Below are positions 45,940-56,428 of a stretch of DNA of 64,000 nucleotides, in pieces. How positions within the stretch are numbered: the stretch's first letter is position 1; the number at the start of each line of letters is the position of its first letter. The notes under the pieces were generated by a model, which saw nothing but the letters and a program-made list of their open reading frames with translations, was not told the DNA's origin and did not search any database. The position numbers were made by a program, and so were the translations under genes. Source of the DNA: an uncultured Chloroflexia bacterium (GTDB taxonomy: Bacteria > Chloroflexota > Anaerolineae > Anaerolineales > UBA11858); NCBI GenBank assembly GCA_963751575.1, contig CAVVUX010000003.1:292563-356562 (forward strand). The letters are read 5' to 3'.

Positions 45940-46146
45940 ATGCCTTTATACGAATATTCCTGCCAAAATTGCGGTGAAAGCTTTGATAAAATTGTGCGTT
46001 TTTCAGAAGCGGACCAGATCCCGGAATGTCCTCATTGCGGAACACAAGAGACCCAGAAGAAGATCTCGGCCGGGGCGGTGATCGGCACTTCATCCGGGCG
46101 AGCCAGCTCATCACCAGCCAGATCAGCTTCCAGCCCGTTCACCTGA
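45940..46146 (+). CDS. FmdB-family zinc-ribbon protein
   Basis: MPLYEYSCQNCG..CPHCG. Confidence 0.88.
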   Translation: MPLYEYSCQNCGESFDKIVRFSEADQIPECPHCGTQETQKKISAGAVIGTSSGRASSSPARSASSPFT

Positions 46147-46186
46147 GCTAATTGTTAATTCAGCCGTGCGCTGGAGTCAAGCAACG

Positions 46187-46465
46187 ATGAAAATTGAGAA
46201 TACCAAATCGAAGGATTTATTGATCAATCGGCTGCGCAGGATTGAAGGCCAAGTCCGGGGTTTGCAGACCATGCTGGATGAGGAGCGCGACTGCCGGGAG
46301 ATCATGCAGCAGCTTTCTGCGGTTTCCTCAGCTGTAAAATCCACCAGCCGCAGGTTTTTTGAGGATTATGCGGTGCTCTGCCTGGCAGATATGAGTGAGA
46401 CCAATCCTGATGCCAACCAGCAGCTGCTGCAGGAGATGATCTCCTTGCTGGATAAAACCCCCTGA
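46187..46465 (+). CDS. CsoR/RcnR-family metal-sensitive repressor
   Basis: NRLRRIEGQVRG, C.EI.QQLSAV. Confidence 0.88.
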   Translation: MKIENTKSKDLLINRLRRIEGQVRGLQTMLDEERDCREIMQQLSAVSSAVKSTSRRFFEDYAVLCLADMSETNPDANQQLLQEMISLLDKTP

Positions 46466-46473
46466 TGCCAGTG

Positions 46474-46506
46474 AGACCTCGGAGGTCGTTTCGACCTCCG
46501 AGGTCT
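46474..46506. repeat. Family A palindromic doublet
   Basis: AGACCTCGGAGGTCG-TTT-CGACCTCCGAGGTCT. Confidence 0.9.
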
Positions 46507-46547
46507 TTTCTTTTGCCAGGCCGGGTGCTATAATTTTGCCAGATTTT

Positions 46548-46621
<74 letters not shown>

Positions 46622-46634
46622 CAAACAAAACATG

Positions 46635-46665
46635 ACCGCTTTTCATCCTGAAGAGCGGTTTTTTT
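46635..46665 (+). terminator. tRNA terminator
   Basis: ACCGCTTTT/AAGAGCGGT plus T-tract. Confidence 0.7.
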
Positions 46666-46768
46666 GTATAATGGAACTAAATATATAGCAGTCCTAAGAA
46701 ACCTATACCTAGAGGTTAGCCCGCTTTTTCAGAAGCAGTCACTAATTACATAGATTCCGGGAGCTACT

Positions 46769-47560
46769 ATGACCAACTCCAACCCAACCAACCAGCGTAG
46801 ATGGTTATATCCAGTTATCTACCTAGTGCTCTTTATCATTAGTATGCTGCCGTTATTTACGCAAAAGCCCTATCTTCCCCAAAATACCCAGGATGTGATA
46901 ATCAGCTTGCTGCGAGTGGCTGTTACGCCCTACGCGGTTTTTGCTCCTCTCTTCCATGTTGCCACACTGCTGATAGTTGCCTTGATCTATTTCAAACCAG
47001 GCAAGCTTGGCCGCCTGGTCGCCGGATATATGGGGCTGAACTATCTGATCATTGCTGCCGTTCAATCTATGGGTCGGACTGATGAGTACGGTTTTGTGGT
47101 GCATACCGGCGGATTGATCGCCTATCTCATCCTTGGAATAACATGGTTGGTGGTGGCAGCGAAAAACGACTTATCACCATCATTCAAACGACTTAATCTG
47201 CCAGAATATGGCTTATTGCTTCTTGCTGTGCTCGCTTTTTGGGGACCTTATATGACGGTCAGGACAACTGTCCAGCCGAGTTTTGACCCTCTTTTGTTGT
47301 TGACATCACCGGATTATGGAATGTCTTTTTGTCTTACAACGCCGGTATTTCTTCTGGGGTTGATTTTGTTCTATCCTTCGGTGAATCGATTTGCCTACCG
47401 TATTACTGCCTTCAATGGCCTCATATACGGCCTGTTCAACATGACGCACTGGTTCAATCCTGACACACGCTGGATGGGGTTCTTGCATCTGCCATTATTG
47501 ATATTGTCCATCTATGCGCTCGCATTGCCGAGATTCACCAAAACCCCTCAAATTGACTAA
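46769..47560 (+). CDS. Hypothetical multi-pass membrane protein
   Basis: About 7-8 hydrophobic helices. Confidence 0.75.
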   Translation: MTNSNPTNQRRWLYPVIYLVLFIISMLPLFTQKPYLPQNTQDVIISLLRVAVTPYAVFAPLFHVATLLIVALIYFKPGKLGRLVAGYMGLNYLIIAAVQSMGRTDEYGFVVHTGGLIAYLILGITWLVVAAKNDLSPSFKRLNLPEYGLLLLAVLAFWGPYMTVRTTVQPSFDPLLLLTSPDYGMSFCLTTPVFLLGLILFYPSVNRFAYRITAFNGLIYGLFNMTHWFNPDTRWMGFLHLPLLILSIYALALPRFTKTPQID

Positions 47561-47795
47561 CCACACCTGGCTGGCACCAGGCACCTGCTGCGCACATTGC
47601 AGTTATCAAGAAGCAGGAAACCGATCAAGACCTACAAGGCGTTTCGGCAACCTGAACTGCCAAGACAACTGTCGAATTGCGACCTGGAATTAACTGGATC
47701 AGGCGGATTCCATTCAAATGATGCTTCTTAAACCCAAAAACATCAGCGGAGAAATAAAGGACCTGATCCTAGTCTAAACAAAAGGGAGAAATTCA

Positions 47796-48206
47796 ATGGA
47801 AATGAGTGCCGCAGAAAAAATCCGCTATGGCAATGAGGAGCTGTTAGTCAAGGGAAACCTGGCTGCTATAGGAGAGGTCTTTGCAGCCGATTATGTCGTC
47901 CACGCCGGCGGGAAAGATTATCACGGGCATAAATTCATTCAACAATTCACCAAATTGCTGCGTTCTGCGGTTTCTGATCTTAGGGTCGTGGCTGTGGATA
48001 TTCTGATCCAGGCAGATACAACAATCGCCTGGCAAAGGACCCTGACCGGCAAACATGTTGGTAACATGCAAGGAGCTCTACCATCGGGACAGATATTGAC
48101 GTGGAGAGACCTGGTCATCTCCCGGTTCGAAGACGGGAAGATTGTTGAAGAGTGGAATGTTTCTGAATTGGCAGGAGAAATGTTGTCAAAACCACCCCTG
48201 AAATGA
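47796..48206 (+). CDS. SnoaL-like ester cyclase (NTF2 fold)
   Basis: FAADYVVH, TGKH.G...G..PSG, RFEDGKIVEEW. Confidence 0.85.
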   Translation: MEMSAAEKIRYGNEELLVKGNLAAIGEVFAADYVVHAGGKDYHGHKFIQQFTKLLRSAVSDLRVVAVDILIQADTTIAWQRTLTGKHVGNMQGALPSGQILTWRDLVISRFEDGKIVEEWNVSELAGEMLSKPPLK

Positions 48207-48408
48207 ATCTGGATTCCCAGCAGCATATATAAATGGAAAATCCCATTCAGGTTATCTTACATCCAGTTAGAACTCAATCCACTATAGTACAATATTATCC
48301 TTCAAACCAATCAATGAAGATCGATTTCAATTAATTCTGGACTAGACAGGTATTTTTTCAGGATTTAAAACGGGCTTCTTCCCGGAAAATTACTAGTGGA
48401 GAAAATTT

Positions 48409-49572
48409 ATGGGAAACAAATCTACAACACAGAAACTGATCTATCTCAGCCTGACAGTTTTAATCTTATTGTCCTGTGCCGTCTTTCCTTCCCGGGCAGG
48501 TGATGATCCTGTCCAGCCTGATACAAGCACAGTGGCTCCCCCTCCAACACAAACACCGATCCCAGCTACAAATACAGCCCTGCCCCCAACGCTGACGCCC
48601 ACTCCCCTGCCGGTAATAATCGATCCGTTCAATGTACCCGCGATTTCAATCTGGCAGGAATATTTTATTCCCGGAGACAGCGTCCGATCAGTAGCGATCT
48701 CTCCCAACAGTCAGCTGCTGGCTGCAGGAACTGGTTCAAATCTTGACAGTCCTGATCAAAAACTGCGCCTTTGGGAACTGCCAACCGGTGTCTTGATTGC
48801 CGAATCAGAAAAGCTGAACACAATAATCTGGGACACCGCCTTTTCACCGGATGGATCTCTGCTTGCAGTGGGGTTGAACTATCCCATTCTTCAAATCCGC
48901 AAAGCTGAAGACCTTTCCCTGGTGGATACGCTCGAGGTGGCAGGGGCAGTAAACAGCCTGGCGTTCTCCCCAGATGGACAATCGCTGGCAACTGGTGTGT
49001 CAACCAGTCCAGATGGAATGGTATACATCTGGGATTTTCAAAGCCTTCAACTCAGAATGAAATTCTGGGCTCATCCCTATAGTGTTCCCAGCCTGGATTA
49101 TTCTCCCAACGGAACCTTGCTGGCTACCGGCGCTACTGATCGGGCAGTCAAGGTCTGGGACAGTCAAACCGGAGGGCTGCTCCAAACCCTTACCCTTCCT
49201 GGCCAGGGAACGGCGGTCAAGTTCTCCCCGGATGGATCCCTGCTGGCGGCAGGATTTTGTGCCGAATCGGTCAACCTGGTTTGTCAAAAAGGCAGCGCAT
49301 ATCTTTGGAATACCTCTACCTGGCAGATCGTTCTGACTTTGGACGGTCCCACAGACTGGGTAGAAAGTGTAGCATTTTCGCCTGATGGGAAGATCCTGGT
49401 CGGATCCAGCCGGAATGGGTTTATATATTTATGGCGAGTGAGTGACGGGACCGTCTTGCGAGCCCTTTCAGGACACGGATCAGGTGTCGAAACTGTAGCT
49501 TTCTCCTCGGATGGCAGCCTGATTGCCTCTGGATCCAATGAAAGTTTAATCCTGTGGGGAATTGCCCCCTGA
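48409..49572 (+). CDS. WD40 beta-propeller lipoprotein with P/T-rich linker
   Basis: Lipobox LLSC; seven V.S.AFSPDG..LA repeats. Confidence 0.9.
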   Translation: MGNKSTTQKLIYLSLTVLILLSCAVFPSRAGDDPVQPDTSTVAPPPTQTPIPATNTALPPTLTPTPLPVIIDPFNVPAISIWQEYFIPGDSVRSVAISPNSQLLAAGTGSNLDSPDQKLRLWELPTGVLIAESEKLNTIIWDTAFSPDGSLLAVGLNYPILQIRKAEDLSLVDTLEVAGAVNSLAFSPDGQSLATGVSTSPDGMVYIWDFQSLQLRMKFWAHPYSVPSLDYSPNGTLLATGATDRAVKVWDSQTGGLLQTLTLPGQGTAVKFSPDGSLLAAGFCAESVNLVCQKGSAYLWNTSTWQIVLTLDGPTDWVESVAFSPDGKILVGSSRNGFIYLWRVSDGTVLRALSGHGSGVETVAFSSDGSLIASGSNESLILWGIAP

Positions 49573-49701
49573 GGACTATTTATAGACAGGGATTGATTGA
49601 TCAGGTAAGAAATATGTTCCTACTCCAGCTCCAATCAAAGGCATAAAACAAGATGGGAATTCAAATTCCCATCTTGTTGCCAGGCAGCAATCTTGAAGAC
49701 G

Positions 49702-49944
49702 ATGACACCCAAACATAATGAACACATCGTATATCACAAGGCAGGCTCGATCAGGGCTAAAGGCCAAAAGGTTGATGGTATTCTGACGGGATTCTGGGAA
49801 TGGTTCCGCCTGGATGGAACCATCATGAGGTCCGGATATTTTGAAAATGGAGAGCAGGTCGGCGAATGGATCACTTATGACAGGAACGGTGAGGTCTATA
49901 AGATTACGCACATGAAGATATCCAGTAAAAAAGATTCAAAATAG
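49702..49944 (+). CDS. Small MORN-like/YwqK-type repeat protein
   Basis: G.WEWFRLDG..MRSGYFENGEQVGEW.TYD. Confidence 0.7.
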   Translation: MTPKHNEHIVYHKAGSIRAKGQKVDGILTGFWEWFRLDGTIMRSGYFENGEQVGEWITYDRNGEVYKITHMKISSKKDSK

Positions 49945-50037
49945 AGATCATAACTCTTCTACTACCTGCTCTGGCAAGTAAAATGGAGGAAGGGGTAAGA
50001 GAATTTACAAACCCAGAACTGACAGGAAACACAGACC

Positions 50038-50409
50038 ATGGCAACCGGCTCTAACAAACCACAAACCATAGATGAGTATATCCGCCAATTTCCGGCTGAT
50101 ATCCAGGACATATTGGAACGGGTCAGATCGATCATCCGCAGCGAAGCTCCGCAGGCTGTTGAAGCTATCAAGTATGGGATTCCGACCTTTGTCTTATCCA
50201 AGAACCTGGTCCATTTTGGAGCTTTCCAGAACCATCTTGGATTCTATCCAACACCCTCTGGTATTGAAGAATTCCAGGAAGCCCTGTCACACTATCAGGG
50301 AGGCAAAGGATCCGTACAATTTCCTTACGATCAACCCCTTCCGGATGATCTGATCAGGCGAATTGTCCGGTACAAGGTTGAAGAATTCCGCCGGCAAAAG
50401 GGTGGATAA
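50038..50409 (+). CDS. DUF1801 (YdhG-like) protein
   Basis: TIDEYI, EAIKYGIPTF, HLGFYP, KGSVQFP. Confidence 0.88.
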   Translation: MATGSNKPQTIDEYIRQFPADIQDILERVRSIIRSEAPQAVEAIKYGIPTFVLSKNLVHFGAFQNHLGFYPTPSGIEEFQEALSHYQGGKGSVQFPYDQPLPDDLIRRIVRYKVEEFRRQKGG

Positions 50410-50649
50410 GAGCAGCGGCATCTGAGCTGGACTAATTACAACATCCCCGTCCGAAAGATCACAATTAGTCTCAGCTTGTGCTCTTTACAACCTTAAATAC
50501 GTCCTTCACAATCAACTTAATATCTAGCTTATAATGAATATTAGATGTGACGTGGAAGTGATGGATCGCTATTCCGGACTAAATCTATCTTTACTTATAT
50601 TCCAATAAAGATTTCCACCAAACGACCAGCAATCAAAAAAGGATCGATC

Positions 50650-51030
50650 ATGGAAGAAAATCAGGAGACAAAAACAGGCATGTTCAGGCAGTCATCATCT
50701 TTGTGGATGGGTTTGATCTTCATCATCGGGGGAATTTTCCTGCTGCTGAACCAGTTGGATATTATTCCCTTCGAACTTAATTGGTGGGCGCTGTTCATAT
50801 TAATGCCGGCTTCTGGCTTCCTGAGCGGAGCCTATAATCGCTTCCGGTCCCAAAATAATCAGCTCTCGACGGACGTTATGTTTCAGGGCCTGATAGGGTT
50901 GTTTTTGGTCTTCCTCTCAATCAGCTTGCTGGTTGGAGCCGCCTGGAATATCAATTGGAACCTGTTCTGGCCGATCATACTCATTCTGGTTGGCCTTGGC
51001 ATGCTGCTCGGCCGGGATCAAAAAGAATAA
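50650..51030 (+). CDS. LiaF/LiaI-like small membrane protein
   Basis: GLIFIIGG.FLLL, WWALFIL, FWPIILILVG. Confidence 0.7.
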   Translation: MEENQETKTGMFRQSSSLWMGLIFIIGGIFLLLNQLDIIPFELNWWALFILMPASGFLSGAYNRFRSQNNQLSTDVMFQGLIGLFLVFLSISLLVGAAWNINWNLFWPIILILVGLGMLLGRDQKE

Positions 51031-51304
51031 TTTGACCAGGTTTGATTTATTTAATACCGATCCAAGCTTCCAGCAAGAACTATTCATCGGTAAGTGGAGG
51101 ACCCTCCGGTAAAGCTGTCACCGGATCCGCACTGATCAAATCCCGGTCCTTAAATATTGACCTCAACCCTGCCAAATGCTTCCCGTTAGTAAACGGCGAC
51201 GGGTATATTTCTGTTTACGAGATTATCCCCGCACTGAAACCATGATCAACTGACAACAGCTGCTCAGAAAACCACTAAATAAAATAATTCAAAGGGAGAT
51301 CTGT

Positions 51305-51676
51305 ATGGAACTCGGTGCCTTTTCAATCAGCCTGGCAGTCAAGAATATAGCTGCCTCAAAAGAATTTTATGAAAAGCTTGGATTTAAAGAGGTAGGTGGA
51401 GATGCGGCCCAGAATTGGCTGATCCTCAGGAACGGGGATCACACTATCGGACTCTTCCAGGGTATGTTTGATAAGAATTCTCTAACTTTTAACCCGGGCT
51501 GGGACAAGAATGCCCAAAATCTGGACAGCTTTACTGACGTCCGTGATCTGCAACGCGAATTAAAATCCAGGGGTGTTGAGCTGTTATCCGAAGCTGACGA
51601 AACCTCAACCGGACCGGCCAGCCTGATCATTCTCGATCCAGATGGAAATCCGATCATGATCGACCAGCATGTCTAG
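51305..51676 (+). CDS. VOC/glyoxalase family protein
   Basis: [25 protein letters not shown]. Confidence 0.88.
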   Translation: MELGAFSISLAVKNIAASKEFYEKLGFKEVGGDAAQNWLILRNGDHTIGLFQGMFDKNSLTFNPGWDKNAQNLDSFTDVRDLQRELKSRGVELLSEADETSTGPASLIILDPDGNPIMIDQHV

Positions 51677-51986
51677 TATTGGATGCCTGATCAGCATCTT
51701 TGGTGAGGTAAAGGTGACAGGGAATTCGAAGGAAGACGTGGGTGGTTTGGACAAACAATAGGCATCTAAAAGGATCTCGGTAGTTTGATCGATCAGCTCC
51801 GCTTCTGATCCTCCCTCGAGCATGCCAGCCCCAGGTCCACCGAAGACACACATGCAGGACCTTATATCATAAGCGATTAAGAACTTCTTCTGATAAAAAA
51901 AATGATAGTATCCATATAGAGGAAATAATCTCACCATCCATTCGGACCACTTTTATCTATAATTTGCAGTCCGCAGGAGTAACCAT

Positions 51987-53570
51987 ATGAAGATCTATCA
52001 CGGCAAAATTATCACGATCGACGACCATGACAACGTCTTTCAGTACCTTGTTGAAGATCAGGGAAGGATACTCTACACGGGAGACCTGCTCCCGGAAGAA
52101 TTTACCAACGGGTTTCCAATAGTGGAATTGGGTGATCAGGTTCTTCTGCCCGCCTTTGGGGATGGACATCTGCATTTTTCGAACTGGGCCTTGATCGCTG
52201 CTTCCTACTTTGATGTCCGGGAAGCAAAAAACATCCCGCAGATCCAGGACCAGATCCGGGAATTCATGGCCGAAAACCAGAGTTTAAAAGCAGTGATCGC
52301 CTTTGGTGTCAGCAAACACAGTGTGATTGAAAAACGTTTGATCACCAGGCAGGAGCTGGACCAGGCCTGCCCTGAGATCCCCCTGATCATCGTTTGTTAT
52401 GATGGACATTCTGCTGTTTTCAATACCCGGATGCAGGAGAAATTCCCAGCTGAAGTTTCCGGTCTGACAGGCTATGATGGCGAAAAAGGCCATCTCCATC
52501 ATGAAGCCTATTTCGAAGGCACAGATTTTGCTACCTCACTCGTCCCTCCTCTGGATCTAGTCAGCAGTATCATCGCAGGTTACGACCTGCTGGCCAAGAA
52601 CGGTGTGGGATTGATTCATGCTACAGAAGGGATTGGTTTTCCCAACGATCTCGACATCACGCTGGTCAGCCTGGTTGCCAAAGCCAGGACGCAGAAAAAT
52701 AAATTCCAAACCAGGTTGTTCTTTCAAACCATGGATGTGGAAAAAGCCCAAAAACGTAATTTGCCCCGCATTGGCGGCTGTTTCGAGACCGCCCTGGATG
52801 GATGTTTTGGAGCACTTGACGCTGCCTTACTCGAACCTTACAGCAATGACCCGACCAACAAAGGGATCCTGTTCCAATCCGAAGAGCAGGTAATCAATTT
52901 CACCAAAAAAGCCAACCGCGCTGGGCTGCAGATCGAGATGCATGCCATTGGTGACGCAGCAGTATCAAGAGCGGTTAAAGCCATTCGCCTGGCCCTGGAA
53001 GACTTCCCGCGGGAAGATCACCGCCACACGATCATCCATGCCTGCCTGATACACCCGGAAGACCTGAAAACGATCGCGCAGCTGAACATTGGGATCACGG
53101 TCCAACCGGGTTTCCTGGTCAGCCCCCTCGAGCCGGTGGATTATTTGCATCAGATCCTCGGTGATCGCATTTATGCCAGCTCGCCGCTGAAATCGATCCG
53201 AGACGCTGGAATCCACCTCAGCGGTGGTTCTGACGCCCCGGTGACCCACCCCGATCCGATCGAAGGAATTTACGGCGCTTGCAACCATCCCTACGACCCA
53301 AAACAATCCCTTTCAATCATGGATGCCCTGAGAATGTACACCTACGAAATCGCCTGGACAAGTTTTGATGAGAAAGAAAGGGGCAGCCTCGAACAGGGAA
53401 AAATTGCCGATATGGTAATCTTGAACCAGAACCCATTAGCCCTGGACCCAAGAGACTTGCGATCGTTGAGTGTTGAAAAGTTGTATTTAGCGGGAGATGA
53501 GTATCAACCTGGCCTGGGCTTGCCAGGAATGCTGTGGAACAGCCTCGTGGGCAGCAGGCTTAAAATATAA
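51987..53570 (+). CDS. Amidohydrolase 3 (YtcJ-like)
   Basis: DGHLH, HAIGD, IIHA, GSDAP, GKIAD. Confidence 0.88.
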   Translation: MKIYHGKIITIDDHDNVFQYLVEDQGRILYTGDLLPEEFTNGFPIVELGDQVLLPAFGDGHLHFSNWALIAASYFDVREAKNIPQIQDQIREFMAENQSLKAVIAFGVSKHSVIEKRLITRQELDQACPEIPLIIVCYDGHSAVFNTRMQEKFPAEVSGLTGYDGEKGHLHHEAYFEGTDFATSLVPPLDLVSSIIAGYDLLAKNGVGLIHATEGIGFPNDLDITLVSLVAKARTQKNKFQTRLFFQTMDVEKAQKRNLPRIGGCFETALDGCFGALDAALLEPYSNDPTNKGILFQSEEQVINFTKKANRAGLQIEMHAIGDAAVSRAVKAIRLALEDFPREDHRHTIIHACLIHPEDLKTIAQLNIGITVQPGFLVSPLEPVDYLHQILGDRIYASSPLKSIRDAGIHLSGGSDAPVTHPDPIEGIYGACNHPYDPKQSLSIMDALRMYTYEIAWTSFDEKERGSLEQGKIADMVILNQNPLALDPRDLRSLSVEKLYLAGDEYQPGLGLPGMLWNSLVGSRLKI

Positions 53571-53713
53571 GATCCAATTCCGTGACTGAGGTCATAAAAT
53601 GAAATCTATCCATCAGACACATTGGGTATGTCTTCGCCAAAGCTGGTGATCTAATTATTGAGTGTGGTACGAAAAGCTATCCATTTTATCGGTTTCAACT
53701 TGAGAGGTGTAAT

Positions 53714-54280
53714 TTGAATAAAACCCTGTATGTCAGCCTGGCAGTGCTGTTTGCCTTCCTCGTGGCGGGATGTGCATCTCCGCCTCAGCCTGCTCCCGAA
53801 TCATCCCTGATTGGATCAACCGCTCCAGATTTCAGCCTCGACAACACTCTTGGCGGCAAAACCGCCCTTTCGGATTACGACGGGACGCCCGTCCTGCTTT
53901 TTTTCCATATGGCGGTGGGTTGACCGCCCTGCATGGAGCAGATCGTTGATCTGCAAAACAGCCCTGATTTTCAAGCCCTTGATGTCCAGTTGATCAGCAT
54001 TGCTCGCGATACAATCGCTGAGATGGCCCCGGAATCTGCTACACTGGGAATTACCAGCGTTCCTGTTCTTTCTGATCCTGACCTGGCGGTATCCGCGAAG
54101 TATGATGTCCTGCAGTGGGCCATAGATAATGGAGAGCCCAGCCATACCTTTGTCCTGGTTGACAAAGGCGGAAAGATAGCCTGGATCAAGGATTACGGCG
54201 CGCCAGACAATCCCAACCGGACCATGTATGTTGAGGTTGGCGAACTGGTAAATTTTGTCAAAGCAAATCTTGGGAATTGA
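53714..54280 (+). CDS. AhpC/TSA-redoxin family lipoprotein; candidate selenoprotein (UGA at 53921 read as Sec, UPPC motif)
   Basis: ORFs 53714-53923 and 53933-54280 share a frame: APDFSL..LLFFHMAVG-TGA-PPCMEQ..LISI..VLSD..TFVLVDKGGKI; lipobox VAGC. Confidence 0.8.
53924..53955 (+). promoter_or_regulatory. Candidate bacterial SECIS hairpin
   Basis: GCAGATC-GTT-GATCTGC stem (53938-53954) with a G-first apical loop 21 nt after UGA. Confidence 0.6.
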
Positions 54281-54392
54281 TATTAAACTGGTCTATCAGC
54301 CAGGGAGTAAACAAGGCCTTAAGATAATCCCTGGCTCTCTCCAATTTGATGTCCGGTTATGTCGATTATCAGTTTTGTGAAGGAATTTATCT

Positions 54393-54791
54393 ATGGCGGT
54401 GAATGGATTACGAGTTGCAGTGACAGCTGTTAACTTTGAGATGGTCAGAACTTTCTATCGGGATGGGTTGGGCTTAGATCCGGGAGATCTCTGGGAGGAA
54501 GACGGGGCTCAGGGGCAAATGTTTTTTGCCGGAATGGCAACCTTAGAAATATTTGACCCCCAATATGCAGAACATGTCGACACGCTTGAAGTAGGTGAAA
54601 GGGTCAGCGGCCAAATCCGCTTTGCTTTTGAAGTTCCTGATCTAAAAAATGCCATTGCGAGAGCGCTGGAGTTTGGCGGCACCCTGGTCGCCGAAGCAAA
54701 AATGACTCCCTGGGGAGATCTCAATGCCCGTGTCCAGTCCCCGGACGGAATGCAGATTACCCTTTATCAGACCAGCGGCAGCCAGGACTAG
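54393..54791 (+). CDS. VOC/glyoxalase family protein
   Basis: FYRDGLGL, RFAFEV.D, TPWG..NARV.SPDG. Confidence 0.85.
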   Translation: MAVNGLRVAVTAVNFEMVRTFYRDGLGLDPGDLWEEDGAQGQMFFAGMATLEIFDPQYAEHVDTLEVGERVSGQIRFAFEVPDLKNAIARALEFGGTLVAEAKMTPWGDLNARVQSPDGMQITLYQTSGSQD

Positions 54792-54869
54792 CACAAACCA
54801 TTTAATGCAATGTAACAGATTAATCTGAAGGACATTATTGCCCAGAGTCGGTTACATATAGGAGGTGGT

Positions 54870-55235
54870 ATGAGTTCCCTGGAAAAATATTTACAATATA
54901 ACGGTGGGTTTTCTTTATTAAGTGGTTCACTTCTTCTGCTGTTTTCCGAATTTTTTGCTAACATCTTCGGCCTGACAGATGGTCTTCCTTTTCAGGTGGT
55001 CGGTGGAGGGTTGCTGGCTTTTGGAGCCTTTGTTTTCTTTGTATCACAAAGACAGCTTGGAAACACAAGACTGATACAGGTCATCACCGCCCTGGATGCT
55101 TTCTGGGTGCTGGGATCACTAGGCATTGTGGTCTTCCAATTGTTTAATCTCAACGCGATCGGCTACCTGTTGATCACTCTGATCATGGTGATCATCGCAA
55201 TTTTTGCGGTCAATCAATACCGGTTAAATAAATAG
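54870..55235 (+). CDS. Hypothetical 4-TM membrane protein
   Basis: Strong RBS AGGAGGT; four hydrophobic helices. Confidence 0.7.
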   Translation: MSSLEKYLQYNGGFSLLSGSLLLLFSEFFANIFGLTDGLPFQVVGGGLLAFGAFVFFVSQRQLGNTRLIQVITALDAFWVLGSLGIVVFQLFNLNAIGYLLITLIMVIIAIFAVNQYRLNK

Positions 55236-55248
55236 AGTAAATCAGAAA

Positions 55249-55827
55249 TTGATGGGAACTGTAATTCTGGGCTTTCTTGCGCTAATTATCCTGGCCATAT
55301 CCATCTCGTGGACCATCCCACGGGGTGCTCCCTGGGTACCAACATCAATGAAGATGGTCCATAAAATGCTCAAACTGGCTGAACTTAAACCCGGTGAGCT
55401 GGTCTACGACCTGGGCTGCGGGGATGGACGTTTCATGATCGCAGCCGCTCTAACCTATCAGGCCAGGGCGGTTGGAATCGAGCTGGACCCACTTCGTTAC
55501 CTTTGGTGCCAGATCATGATCACAGTCCTGGGTTTGCGAGATGTGGTCCAGGTAATATACGGCGATTTTTTCAAGGTAGATCTGAGTGAAGCTGATCTAG
55601 TCACATGCTTCCTGCTGCCAGAAACAAATAAAAAGTTGGAAGCAAAACTTTTGCGGGAACTGCGTCCTGGAACACGAGTAGTATCAAATACATTCCTGTT
55701 TAACCAGGTCCCTCCAGAAAAAAGGGACGGTAAGGCTCTGCTCTATTTGTTTTCCAGGGATAATACCCAGGCTGAATTCATCAAAAAACAACTCAAGCTG
55801 TCAGCACAGCAAGATCCATCAGGGTAA
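55249..55827 (+). CDS. SAM-dependent methyltransferase with N-terminal membrane anchor
   Basis: APWVPT, YDLGCGDGR, LRPGTRVVS. Confidence 0.85.
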   Translation: MMGTVILGFLALIILAISISWTIPRGAPWVPTSMKMVHKMLKLAELKPGELVYDLGCGDGRFMIAAALTYQARAVGIELDPLRYLWCQIMITVLGLRDVVQVIYGDFFKVDLSEADLVTCFLLPETNKKLEAKLLRELRPGTRVVSNTFLFNQVPPEKRDGKALLYLFSRDNTQAEFIKKQLKLSAQQDPSG

Positions 55828-55868
55828 AATTCATACCACACCAAAATCTAAAACGTAACGAGGGATGA

Positions 55869-56375
55869 TTGACTATGCAATCTGGAAACAGACAAATAAG
55901 TTATGAAATCAAAATCCCAGCAGCTGTTGCTGACGTTTGGAGGGCCTGGACCACCGAAGACGGTGTCAGAAGCTTTTTCGCCCTGAACAGCAAGATCGAT
56001 CTTAGACCCGGCGGCGCATACGAAATGTACTTCAATCAGGACGCACCTAAAGGTGAAAAGGGTGGAGAAGGCATGATCATCCTCGCTGTCCAACCTCAGA
56101 AGATGTTATCTTTCACCTGGAACGCACCTCCTGAGCTGGCAGAAGTGCGAGGAGAAATGACCCATGTCACCGTGCGATTCACGGATATCAAGAGCGACGA
56201 AACCCTGGTCAGCCTCCAGCATGACGGATGGGGAGAGGGCGGAGAATGGGACAAGGCTTTTGATTATTTCATCTCCGCCTGGGGAGATGTTGTCTTACCG
56301 CGGCTGAAACTCAGCTTTGAAGAAGGGCCAATCGATTGGGAGAATCCACCACCAATCGGAAAAAGAGCCAGGTAA
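55869..56375 (+). CDS. SRPBCC/AHSA1 domain protein
   Basis: VWRAWT, DLRPGG.Y, LSFTW. Confidence 0.85.
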   Translation: MTMQSGNRQISYEIKIPAAVADVWRAWTTEDGVRSFFALNSKIDLRPGGAYEMYFNQDAPKGEKGGEGMIILAVQPQKMLSFTWNAPPELAEVRGEMTHVTVRFTDIKSDETLVSLQHDGWGEGGEWDKAFDYFISAWGDVVLPRLKLSFEEGPIDWENPPPIGKRAR

Positions 56376-56428
56376 GAGACTTTCGGTGAGATTATTTCGA
56401 CCTGCTAACCCTTCAGTATCTCTGGTAT

